A DNA stretch of 64,000 bases from Lama glama (lineage: Eukaryota), in NCBI GenBank assembly GCA_028534125.1, contig CM052817.1, forward strand, positions 50,594,001-50,658,000, in the 5' to 3' direction. Each line of letters starts with the position of its first letter. Position 1 is the first letter of the stretch. This document shows positions 52,561-64,000 of this stretch, piece by piece. Under the pieces are notes generated by a model. The model did no database searches, had not been told where the DNA came from, and saw only the letters and a program-made list of their open reading frames with translations. The position numbers were made by a program, and so were the translations under genes.

Positions 52561-54532
52561 CTATATATTCCTCATTTCCCTCTCTTTTAAAAAATATGCT
52601 CCCAAATGTTCAGGAAGCACAGACTTCTGAAGAGTTTGAGAAGAAATTACTTTGCTTCACACACCAAGGCCCCCACAGTCATGTTGTCTTTGAGCTTAAC
52701 GTGTCCACAAAGCTGCCTTCTCATCACGTATCCGTGTCTTTGTTGCAAAAGGAGATCAGCGGCCATGGGTGCAGCTGCCTCTCTTTTGTAAGTTTTCTGT
52801 GTGTTCTCATTCCACTTCCTTCAGTGTCCCTTAGTTTCAGAAATAATGAGAAAGATTTCTCTTCTCTGTACTTTTTATCATAGTTAGAGGAAAGAGAAAA
52901 ACCTCATTAAAATAATGAAGTGATTTCAGCCTGATTAATTATGTCCCAAAGCCATTGAAGTCCATAGGTAATGAAAACACTCAACTATCCTCAGCTCTGG
53001 TTGTAAGATAGTTATTTGCTCCTTTTTCAGCAACTGTGGGTATGTAGGAGGGAGCTAGCTTTGCCACAGCCAAACTCAGATGAATGATCTCTTTCATCTT
53101 GTGATGCAGCTGGATCAATTTGGTCACCAGGAGTAGACAGATTTCATCCGAGCCTTTTGACAGAAATTCATTTGGAACAGAGAAATCACTGAGGAGTTTG
53201 CGATGTCTGTTGTCAGTGGAATGAATTTAAACATAGAAAAAGGAAAAAAAAATCCTTCACTTAGACAAACAAATAGAGAGGAAGAAAACGAAGGCTCACC
53301 AAACACTGCAAGCTGTTCTGTCAAAGATGTATTTGATGGCTATTGAGCACTGTGGTTGAAGGAAATATGTGGTCACCTGCTTAACTTGGGCTAGTTCTTT
53401 GTTTCTAAGGAGTTGAATTTAAAGACATTAACACATATTACTGACATAATTATTTTTGATTATAAAAAGGAAATAGAGATGAAATTCATTTGTTCATGGT
53501 TTCTGTTTACTCTGATTTACAGAATTGATCTTGATCAGACCTCTTTACCAGGGAAAACAATTGCTCGTGTAATTACTGCTCTTTTGAACAGGAAGTAGAT
53601 CTGAAATCACACGAATCATCATGATGAGGTTTTATAAAGCTCCAACTAAAACCGCAGGTAAAACAGCAGGTGTTTGGATTTTAGTTAAGAGGGATAAGAG
53701 GCTTTATTGTACCACAGGTGGCTCCATAGTCACTGGCAACAGATGAAGATATTTTGAAGGACATAACTTCCTCCAAAGAGAAAAATGCAAATAAATAAGT
53801 TATTAGAGAAGACCTAGAAATATGGATTGACTATAAATGGAGTTTACAGCTTGATATATGTGAATTGAGTTGTAATACCAGTAACACAAATGCTCAGCCA
53901 TAATAGGATTCCTAAGAGACTGGGTGGTTATCAGCCGCAAAAGCTGTAATAGCAGTCCCTCTCCCTTTAATGGCTAATCTTTCTCCAGTCGTGTTCTGGA
54001 GGCAATGCTGTGGATGGGATTCAGTCATTTAATTATGAGGCGAGGGGACAAAAGGCCATAAACCAAAGCTCATGTTACTCAAGTAGAAATAAAAACTGAC
54101 TGTCTTAAATTCATCTCATTGTGGTAACGGCAGAGGGGCGCGGGGAGACAGGGAAGTATTTTCATTCAAAGATAGAAATAAGTAAGATTTCATTTTCCAC
54201 ATTTTGAAGTTAGACCTTTTCTCATTTTCTTAATATTTTACTGATCGTCCTGAAGGCTCACTATGTAAGCTGCAAGTATCTCTATCCTTTAGGATATTTA
54301 TGTACTTAAACTATTTCAGTGAAGATTTGTTCATTCAGCACTGACTATGTGCAAGATATAGTGCTTCTGAATACCTGTTTTCCTGTCACTTTTCCAGACC
54401 CTGGGTATTAAGTCAGTGGAGTCAGCTGATATTTGAATTTGTTTTCTAAGGAGCCAGCTTGTACACCCACAGGGCAAGCATTTTTGCTTTACATTCTCTC
54501 CCACACAGGTATGGGCTTTTCATGTTTGAGGG

Positions 54533-54712
54533 CAATGGTTCTCAACCCTGACCATATATTAGACTCACCTGGGGAGCTTTACAAACTGCCAATAATTGCT
54601 TCCTCCTGCAGATCAATTAAATTAGACTTGCTTTCAGTGAGTCCCAGGCATTCATCTTTTAAAACTCTCCGGGTGATTTTAGTGTGATCCCTAGCCATGA
54701 TGGAGAGTCGGT
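54533..54712. mobile_element. MER5A1/MER5B-like MITE
   Basis: caatggttctcaaccctg...ttagactcacctggggagcttt...aaaactctccgggtgatttt. Confidence 0.8.
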
Positions 54713-55359
54713 GTTTTCTGATTTTGACTAGCGAAGTAAATGTGTATTTCATTATTCTGTTTCATCTATTTATTTTTTTCTTCTGCTCTAGGCATTAAAT
54801 AATTAAGTGATGGCCAACTCTTTGCATATTGTTTTACAGATTTAAACATTCCATTTATTACAAATCTCACCTGTTGCTGAATATATTTTCATTGATGAAC
54901 TATAACTGAAATTATTACAGTCTTGGAAAACACCTAAGATCGAAGTTTTTGTTTCTAGGTTGAATCCTGTAATTAGGCATTTCATCTCAGGTCAATGATT
55001 TGGAAAAAAAAATGCCATCTAAATTAAAGACATTAATAACAAAAGTAGAGCATGATATCACTTTATTGCCCTTTCTTTTCATACCTAAAAATATTATATG
55101 CTTTAGTTTTTTCTTTACCTTTCGTCATCCTTCCTGATTCTTTATTGTTGGCCTTGGCTCTTAGTTTTATCTTATAACTGGAGATTTTCTTCTGGTGAAT
55201 GGTTCATTTTTGCCTATTAATATTTTAACATTGTATGAAATATTTAAAACTTTGAAAATGGCATAAACAAGGCAACAAATACCCATTTACCCATCACCCA
55301 GCTTAGGAACTAAAACATCACAATACAATGGAAGCTCTTGCTCAGCTCTTCCTCCCTCA

Positions 55360-55460
55360 TTAGGTTCCAGATTTAGCAAATAAAGATACAAGCAGCCAGT
55401 AAAACTTGAATTTCAGATAAACCACTGAAAACTTTGTATTTGTCCCAACTATTGCATTTA
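55360..55460 (+). mobile_element. MER53 (hAT) fragment
   Basis: taggttccagatttagcaaataaagatacaag...cttgaatttcagataaac...tgtcccaactattgcat. Confidence 0.75.
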
Positions 55461-55877
55461 ACTAATGGGACCAGATGCAGGCTTGCTATCTCTTCACTGT
55501 ATGTTTCCAAGCCTGCTCAGTAGACTGTGTTCTCTCCTTACTAACAGTGGTCTACAAAAAAAAAAAAAAAAAAGACTAGTGACAATAATCATGCAAACAT
55601 TGTTATTCCTAACATTCGCAAACAGTCACCTAACAAACCCAAATGCTATGAACAGAGTTCCTGGGATTATTCTGTATTTAATGAACGTCCATTTTGTTGA
55701 GATTATAAAAACCTATTTTTGTGCCTCTTATCGTAGATAGAAAAATAGAAGTTCCAAGAGATTAGGTAATTAATTCCAAATTCAAATTAAATCAGTGAAG
55801 TGGAAACAAAGTCCAGACTTTCAATAAGAAAGAAAAACTGTCAGTGTTTTCTAAGAATTTCATAAAAAATCAGGGTT

Positions 55878-56361
55878 TGTAGTAGGCAGAATAATTGCCT
55901 CCAAAGATGTCCTTGATGATCCTTGAAAGCTGTGAATGTTATTTTACACAGCCAAAAGGATTTTGCAGATGGATTCAATTAAGGCCCTTGAGAGGGGGCG
56001 AGTACCCTGGATTAGCCAGGTGGGCCCCATCCAATCACATGAGCTTTTAAAAGTGGAGAACCTTTCCCAGCTGGAGCCCAAAGCAAGCACAGTAATGGAG
56101 GAATGGTCAGAGAGATGCTAGGCTGCTGACAGTGAAGCTGGGGAACAGAGCTGTGAGCTAAGGAACGTGGGCAGCTTCTAGAAGCTGGAAAAGGTAAGAA
56201 AATAAATTCTCTCCTAGATCACCTTCTAACCCTTCTGACTTCTTGATTTCAGCCAGGTCGGACCTGTTTTGGGCTTCTCATCTAGGAACTCCCATGGAAA
56301 ATTTTGTGTTAAGCCATCAAGTTTGTGTTAAGTTTTTACAGTGGCAATGGAAAATTATTGC
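55878..56361 (+). mobile_element. MLT1D-like MaLR LTR
   Basis: tgtagtaggcagaataattgcctccaaagatgtcc...aaaaggattttgcagatg...ctagaagctggaaaagg. Confidence 0.88.
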
Positions 56362-56639
56362 CTGGTATATTTTGGCTATACAGCAATAGTGTTTGTATAG
56401 GTAATTGGTAAACTTAATAATTCAACAAATATTTCTTGATAATAACAATGCTATTTATAGTTAGGAGGAATAAATTTATCCATGGAGATAGGAATCCTGG
56501 TACATGGTACTTTTATGTGGATAAGAATCAAATTGTTTTTTATTTTTGAATGTTGATTTATAGTGTCTATCTTAAGAATTTCTAAGTCAGAAGTTCTAGA
56601 GTAGGGTCCTGATAGAGATGCAAAAGTCACTGTGGGAAA

Positions 56640-57085
56640 TAGTTTAGCATTTACAAACCCAAATGTACCCATCTGCTGAATAAATCAATTGTAATACACC
56701 CATATAGTGGATATTTCTTAGAAATAAAAAGTACAAACTGCTAATGAATGCAGTGATGTGTATGAACCTCAAAATTATTAATGTTAAACAGTTTACATAC
56801 AAAAGAAAGCACATGTTGTGTTTCCACTTATCAGACATTCTGAAAAGGGGAAAACTAAAAAGGATAGAAATCAGATCAAAATTGCCAGAGGCTGTGGGCT
56901 TACGAATGGGATTGATTGCAAAGGGTGGGGGAGGGAACTTTGTAGGATGATTAAAATGTTCTATATCTTTATTATGGGCTAGTTATAAGACAGTGTATTT
57001 TTTGCCAAAGCCCATTGAACTTTATACTTGCAGGGTGAATTTTACTTTGTGTACATTGTATCTTAGTAAACCTGGCTTTAAAAAA
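56640..57085 (+). mobile_element. L1MB/L1ME-like 3' end
   Basis: aacccaaatgtacc...gaacctcaaaa...gatagaaatcagatcaaaattgccag...aaatgttctatatc. Confidence 0.8.
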
Positions 57086-60068
57086 GTAAAGTCTGTTTAA
57101 CTATGTCTTACTCAGTCTTTCACAAACTTAGTTAAAACTAGAATATGTTTTTTAAGTTGAACAAGCACAACCATCTCACAGTTTAGGAAGCGTTGAGCTT
57201 ATGAATCTCAGGGTGAGGAATAGAACATGTTCTTTCACTTGATTCCTCACAAAGTATTAATTAAGCTGTAAAACCTCAATGAAAATGATATAATAAGAAT
57301 CCTCACTAAGCTCTGAAAGGAGTCAACTCTGATCCAATTTTCAGACTACATCCTAAGAGAGCCATGAATTTCAGGTCATCGTGTGCATAGAGATAAAGAG
57401 TACCCTGCCCCAATTAATCTCAGAAGAGAGAAAAAAAATCAGACTGTTGAAAAGAAACCTCAGAATTCATCTTTTCCTTCTGTGAATCCATCTGGTTTTG
57501 CAGTATGAGTTCATTGCCTTTTCCAAGAGTTCTCACAATTAAAGTTCTTGTTAAAGGGAGAAGATACTTATCTCCAGTAATAGACTGATTTCTAAAATAA
57601 AATTATTTTTAAAACTATTAAAATTCATTTTACATGGAATATAAAGGGTTAAGGATTCTGTTTAGTGGCTTTTGTCTTTTAAAAAGCCAAAGGTGTTGCA
57701 CAAAGTATATTGATGTGTTTTAAAATACTCATTTTATCTCGTCTCGTCTTTTCTCATTTACTTCATATAAAAAAATCTTCTTTTTCTGGCACTTAGTAGT
57801 CCAGTGAAGTATTGCTCTAAAGTCTGTGAAGTTCTCCTGAACCAGGGGTTGAGAATCAGATTTCAGAATGAGTCAGGTCAATGTTTTCTGTCAGTCTATG
57901 GTCTGAAGTGACTATGTAACATTTCCTGATTCTTTGAGTACAGTGGAATAAAGGAATTTCCAAAGGCCTTCACAGTGAATTTTTTTAACTGAGTTATAAC
58001 AATATCAGAATTGATAGACAAGTATGATTATGTTTTGAAAGTAACTTTAACAGGATGTGTTAACAAGTGCAGGGTGTATTGTGGTTCTGACTGGAGTTAG
58101 CTAGAGTGGTTAGGATGTATTGCAATAGGCCAGGTGGGTGATAATGCAGTGATGGTGAGAATAGAGTTAATGAGAGGTAGTCCTTAGGGACTTGGTGACT
58201 AATTGAATAGAGAGAACACTAGAGAAAATTTAGAGAAGGTTCTAAAGGTTACTGGATACTCGTCAATTATCCTAACCTGCCAGGTCCCAGTGCAGTGATT
58301 TTTTAACACTGGCTTTAGAGGACATTGATGTACCTCAAATCTTGCCCGAGTGTTCCACCAAACTTTGAATAACACATAAATTCTATTTTTGTTCTGCCTT
58401 AATATTCTAGGAACTTTATTTCAGAAGACACCATTTTTCCAGGTTTCTTTATTTCCATGAAATATAGTGCCCCTTCTTACTATTTCATACAATTCCATTT
58501 TCTGGAGTGATTCAGTATATCTCTAAGAGTGACACATTCTTATAGGATAAAGGCCATTAATCTTAATATCACTTTTTATCTGACTGGAAACTCCTTTCAC
58601 TGAGTGATAGTCAATTCTGGCATGCCGAATCTCCGCATGCTAAAATAGCTCTCTAAAGACATTTTAACTAAAGTATGTCAGTGAAAAAAGCAAAGAAAAA
58701 AATCTGAAAAATAAAGCCCCATTGTTTGATTTCAGAATTTTGCCTTTCTACCAAAGTCAAGGTCTGCAGAAAATGTTGACAACTTGATCTGTAATTAAAA
58801 GAAAAGGTATTTATAAGAACCTATTCATATATTTTATGGTATCCCCTGAGATCATTTAACTGATCTAATTTGGACAGACTAGACAACAAATTAAGGACCT
58901 GGTCTCCTCTCCTTTTATAACTCTGTAAACATAACCCCAAATTGATTGGTCCGTAATACATGAGAACCAAATGAAAAATTAATTAGATTGCCTACAACCT
59001 TGATGTGAGCACTTCCCTGCTTTGTTGCTTTGTTTATTTGATCCTTTTTCTTTTGATTTATCAATAGAGTAGTCCATGTGGAAAAAATAATAGAAGGAAG
59101 GTAATAGCAAGCATCAAAGGACTCCAAACTGTGAAACTGAACAGTCTCCACAAAATGTAAGGTTTAGAGTAATACCAACCAAATCTAAAAAAAAAAAAAG
59201 AGATCTAATATAATCTAATACTGTGCTATATTAACATGAAATCAATTTTTTTCAATTATTAAGCTTGCAAACTTTGGTATATTTTGTTTTATCTTTGTAC
59301 TGGAAACAACAATTTCTGTTAGTGTGTTGATTTCTTAATTTTACTTGTACCTAAACATTCATTACAGAACTGACTTGAAAGTAATTGTAGTCATAGAAAA
59401 TTAGAAGTTTCATGCAGTGCAACCCCTTCATTTTAATGAATATAAGCACTGAAAGCCTCAGAGGCTAGTGGAAGTATTGGGGGACAAGAGATTATTTTCC
59501 TTGACTTCCATTCCTGTGCTCAACTTTCCCTTCGAATTTCAGTAACCACCATTAGCTCAGTATCCTACCAGCCAAAGAAAAAGTTTGTGTGGCACTAAAA
59601 TATCCTCCCAAGAGATTGAGACACTTTATTTTAAAGCATCTTAGTTAATATCAAACTTGGTTATAAATACAATTATTTAATGCTTGGTTCTAGACCCACA
59701 AACCAGGTCTATAGAAATCCACATATCAAATATAAAACAAATAATAAAAATGTTTTATTTATATTACAAAGTACATTGTAAGCATTTATTTAGTCAATGG
59801 GCATCATGATTGTCATAAAATATTTGACTTTTTTGCTTAGTTGGTATTCAGTAATGGGTGAAACGCAAGTTCATCAGGTAATATGTAACAACATTTTGAC
59901 TGGATTTATATGTAAAATAGAAGAACTTCTCATCTTTGAAGGTGAATCTGTTAGCTGGATTAGTTACTAAAATCACAAATGCAAAAATTTTTTACTAAGA
60001 TTGAACTAACTGCTCAGATTTTATGTTCAAAATTGGTGTACAGTAAAACTAGTTACTAGTATACAAGT

Positions 60069-60647
60069 TGTGCCAGGCAGAATAATGTCCCCAAAGATGC
60101 CCCCAGCTTAGCCTTTGGAATCTGAACATATTACTTTACATAGCAAAAGAGACTTTGGAGATGGAATTAAGACTAAAGATTTTGTAGTAAGGATATTATC
60201 CATGAGGGGCGAATGCAATCACGTGGGTCTTTAAAAGTAGAAGAGGAAGGCAGAAGAGATTCAGAAAGTTGGGAGGATGGAAGAAGAAATGAGAGATTGA
60301 ATATGTTGTTACTGATTTCAAAAATGGAGGAAGGAAGAACATGAGCAAAGGAATGTGAGTGACTTCTAGAATCCAGCAACGACTCTCAGCTGACAGCTAG
60401 GAAGGTAAAAGGGACCTCAGTTCTACCACTACAAGGATATAAATTTTGTCAGCAACTTAAATGAATAAGCAAGTAGATTTTCCCTTAGAGCCTCCAGAAA
60501 GAAAGGTAGCCCTGTTGACAACTTTGAGCTTTAGCCCAGTAAGACCCATCTCAGTCTTCTGTTCTACCAAACGCTAAGAAAATAAAAAGGTGTTTTACCT
60601 ACTAAATTTGTGGTTATTTTTGATTGCACGAATAGAAAACTAATATA
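60069..60647 (+). mobile_element. MLT1D/E-like MaLR LTR
   Basis: tgtgccaggcagaataatgtccccaaagatg...aatagaaaactaata, with a 5-bp TSD-like pair caagt/caagc. Confidence 0.88.
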
Positions 60648-61077
60648 CAAGCTCTTGAAATAATGTGAAAAGAACCAAGTGTGATAATAACTTGTGTGCT
60701 AGTGAGTATTAATCCTTATAATACACCAAACCTAATTCCAAGCTATATTCTTGAGGTAGTATGCATTTTTTGCTTCTGTTCACTATAGCTAAGGTAAACA
60801 GTTAATCTGATTCTGTTTGTTTGCTTGCTTTTTTGGGGGAGGGGGGAGGTTGGGGAGAATGGGTCACGTGGAGTCAGTTGACTGCAGAATTATCAGCAGG
60901 AGAACTTTCTTTTCTTGATTTAGGAGTCCTGAGGAAAATAGCTTAAGTAAGGTCTTGCCTTCCCTGAGGCAAAATTATTAAGGAAAAAATGTTATCTTTT
61001 CACCTTACCAGTAGCTACTTCAATCAAGAAATATTAATACAAATATTCTAATTGATTCTAAATAAGAGCTTACTCAT

Positions 61078-61330
61078 AATTCATTCACTAGATGAATATG
61101 TACTGAGCACTTTATGTCAATCATTCTGACAATGAGGATATGGTAACAAGAAAACAAATGTATATTTTCATAAAGCCTGGAATCTAGAAATAGGCAAGTA
61201 AATATGTATAATAAGTTGGGAAAATTATATTTAGCGATCTCCCTCTGAGGTGAGGAGTGAGTAACTTACCTATGTAGTGAGTTGCTAAGAAGAAAAGATG
61301 TTTTGAAAATTTATTCCAGAGATGTTGATT
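61078..61330 (-). mobile_element. L2 3' end fragment
   Basis: attcattcactagatgaatatgtactgagcacttta...gaatctag. Confidence 0.6.
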
Positions 61331-62129
61331 TAAGTGCAGATCATTGGTTCAGTTGCGTGGATACACAATTATGTACCCTTTGTTGCAAGAGAGGATGTGC
61401 TAAATGCTCTATGTGGAGAGAGCAGTCATTACTAGAATTTGAACTGAAAAAGAAATGTGGGTTGAAAATATTGAGGTAACTTATCCTGGGATGTCAATAT
61501 GCACTCTAGTATCTCTTGTATGACTCTTATCATATATATATATGACACATATATTACATAGTAAACACTACCAAGAAAGACATGCACTGGATTTCTTATG
61601 GGTAAGGATGAAAGAGGAAGAATATGGTCTTTCTACCAGCTGATTTGAGACAAAGTCAAACAGTGTAATAACTGAATTGATAAGAGGTAATAAGAGCCCA
61701 ACTGAAATTCAAGGGATGACTTCTCTGGAAGTTGGCAAGTGTATGTGTGTGTATGTGCCTATGAGAGATCATGTAGCAGTATGTACTAGTATTCTTGTGA
61801 AAAGTATCTATACGTGTGATAAATAGGAATAAGAACAAGGTTTCAGAGAATTACACTAGGTCAAAATGATGAGAACATGGGATATATTACATACATACAT
61901 TTTAACATAATTTCTCAATATAATTCCTTAAGCTAAACCTTATATAGGATTATTAATTACTGAGTTATGATGGTGAAGTGTTTGGAGCCAGGGGGACCTG
62001 GTAGAGATTAAACAAACAACTTTTTAAAATGATGAATTACTTGTATGATGAAAGCTGTGGTCTATCCTTCCTTTCCTCCTTCACTTCTTCCCTCCTCTCA
62101 CGAGAATTTGTATAGTACTTGTTAGATAG

Positions 62130-63400
62130 TAACTCTGTTATCAAGTAAACAGAATGGGAAATGTAACACATGGTTACTGTTTGACAAGTACTGTGATGGG
62201 AGAGGTACCTGTTCTGTCTGGGCTATGATAGAGGTTTATATGGTTGGCTGGCTATAAATGACGACACTTGCTTTGAATCAAAGATAATTAGGAGTCAGCC
62301 ACGAAGAGAAGGCTAGCAGGAGTCAATGCTAAACCAGGCAGAGGGAACTTTGTGTAAAGATGCGGAGGTATGAACAAGCACGATGCATTTGGAGAACAGT
62401 CAGCAGTTTAGATTGCTTTAGCGCAGCGTGGGAGTAGAATGTGATAAGCAGATGTCCAATTATGAAGTATCTTATGCTATATTTTGGACTTAGCACATGA
62501 ATCAAAGTAGTGGAAAGTTTAAGTTTTACATGGGATTGGTGATAATTAATATGCTCCAGCTACTATGAGAATTATACATATATTGCCTTATTTAATTGCT
62601 TTTATGAAGAAGGTACTCTTGGTTTTTCTCTGCTTTTACATATAGAGAGAGAGAGGGAGAGAAAGGAAATGGGGGAGAGGGGGCAGAGAAAAAAGTTCAC
62701 ATGGTTCTCCAAGTCATACCATCTGAGTCAGTAGCCTACTTAAACACGATTCTGTCCTGGTACAATGGATTTTTTTTTTTTAAGAATCACTCTGTGGCAA
62801 TGTAAATGATGCACTAATGCAGGAAATGTTTTTAAAAAGATGCAGCTTAGTCTGTTGCAATAATCAGTATGGGAAATAATCATTTTCTTACTGCAAGGAA
62901 ATTACCGTTGATATAGAAAAGATGGAACGGGTTTTAAATGCTTTGAAGGAGCAGAATTAATAGCACTTGACAACTGATTGGAGGTGAGGCTAAGAGGTGA
63001 ATGTGGTTGAGAGTTCTACTTCTCTGCATTTGGTAACAGGGAAGGATGAGAGTCTTCCTAAGTCATGGAATTTCATAAACAATGAAGAAAGGGTTTGATG
63101 GTGTGAGAAAGATGATACTCACATTTGGACTTTTAATGTAGAGATAAAATTTTAAGATGTTAAAAGAAAGAAATTAATCTTAAGAAAGAAATTAATCTTA
63201 AGAAAGAAATTAATCTTCAAATGGTGAAGAAAATACCAGAGAGACAGATTAAACCAGAAAAGATGGGATCCAAAAAAGAAAAGAGCTTCCCAAGGAGGAA
63301 GAGATCAACAGGTCAAACATTGTAGATGTCAAAAAGCAATAAACCATGTGCTGAATTTTGCAAATTGGAAGTTAACTTTGGAACCTATACTGATGAATGT
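62130..63400 (-). mobile_element. Decayed L2 with a nested MIR/GA-rich piece (~62545-62760)
   Basis: ccaggcagagggaac...tgtaaag; aagaatcactctgtggcaatgt; gcacttgacaactgattgga. Confidence 0.6.
63164..63217. repeat. Perfect 3 x 18-bp tandem repeat (aagaaagaaattaatctt)
   Basis: Three identical units at 63164, 63182 and 63200. Confidence 0.95.
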
Positions 63401-64000
63401 GCCTTTGATTTCGGCATCAGATTATAATGGCTTTTCTTTTGAATGAATGAAAATAATAGACCTTCTCATTAAAACACAAATGAGACATTTTTCCCTTAAC
63501 AAGAAGAAGAAATGGGTATCTATAAATAATTTAGTCAGTGCTAGCTTAGTATTCTAAATTTTTAATACCTACTAAAAATGCCTAATTATTACATATAACA
63601 TAGCCAGACATCAAAAGATCTTTTATGGATTAGGTGGATATATATAAAATGTCAATATTATGCCAAAATTCTATGCATATTAGGGGATGTAAGCAATAAA
63701 TAATTTCTCCTCAGAGCTTCAAAAGATTTCTACTGGCCCTATCATGGTGGTAAATTAATATGTTGAACTGATTTTTTTTTTTCTTTTTAATACTGACATA
63801 TGGCCAGTATGTACCTAACCAAACAAGTATTTTTATAGGCCAATTTCTTACCATGTGGAATTAATTTTCTTAGTTTCACTTAGGATATGCAATTTTGAAG
63901 GGTAAAAGAACATTTATTATCAATAATCTTGGATATATATAAATTGCAGTCTTCTAAACTATATCTTTTTATTTTTACTGATTTTCAGTTTGGTTAGATA

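Noticed and set aside
54125..54145. CTCF-like site cggcagaggggcgc
   Set aside because: The spacing is off by one G and the 5' CC core is missing.
58290..58480. Possible hAT MITE starting cagtgatttttt
   Set aside because: I could not find a second terminus or assign a family.
63164..63217. CRISPR array
   Set aside because: The repeats are contiguous without spacers, in a eukaryotic context with no cas genes.
1..64000. The ORF track as real genes or an operon-like system
   Set aside because: The ORFs are short, often start at TTG/GTG, are compositionally biased and mostly lie in repeats. The DNA is mammalian, and I could not build a multi-exon coding structure.

Overview
AT-rich, CpG-depleted placental-mammal DNA that looks intergenic or deep-intronic. 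I find no supportable protein-coding gene, RNA gene or CRISPR array. The only ORF I recognise is a decayed ERVL reverse-transcriptase fragment (13873-14115, minus strand); the rest look like chance ORFs or repeat translations. The window is dominated by transposon relics: L1, L2, MIR, MaLR and ERVL LTRs, MER82, Charlie1, MER5, MER45, MER53 and MER94. It also holds four younger ERV1-type solo LTRs with TG..CA ends and target-site duplications, two of them MER41-like. Cetartiodactyl-type L1 3' ends, with no Alu, B1, BovB/Bov-A, PRE-1 or SINEC seen, suggest a cetartiodactyl and probably a camelid (inference). The best leads are regulatory: a MER41-like LTR with an overlapping NF-kB/GAS site, an LTR with a duplicated ~165-bp module carrying an AP-2-type palindrome, repeat-poor enhancer-like blocks at 49.7-54.2 kb, and a well-bounded non-coding exon candidate. 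I did not find a new protein-based system. Repeat family names come from recalled consensus similarity, not a database search, and boundaries without TSDs are approximate.
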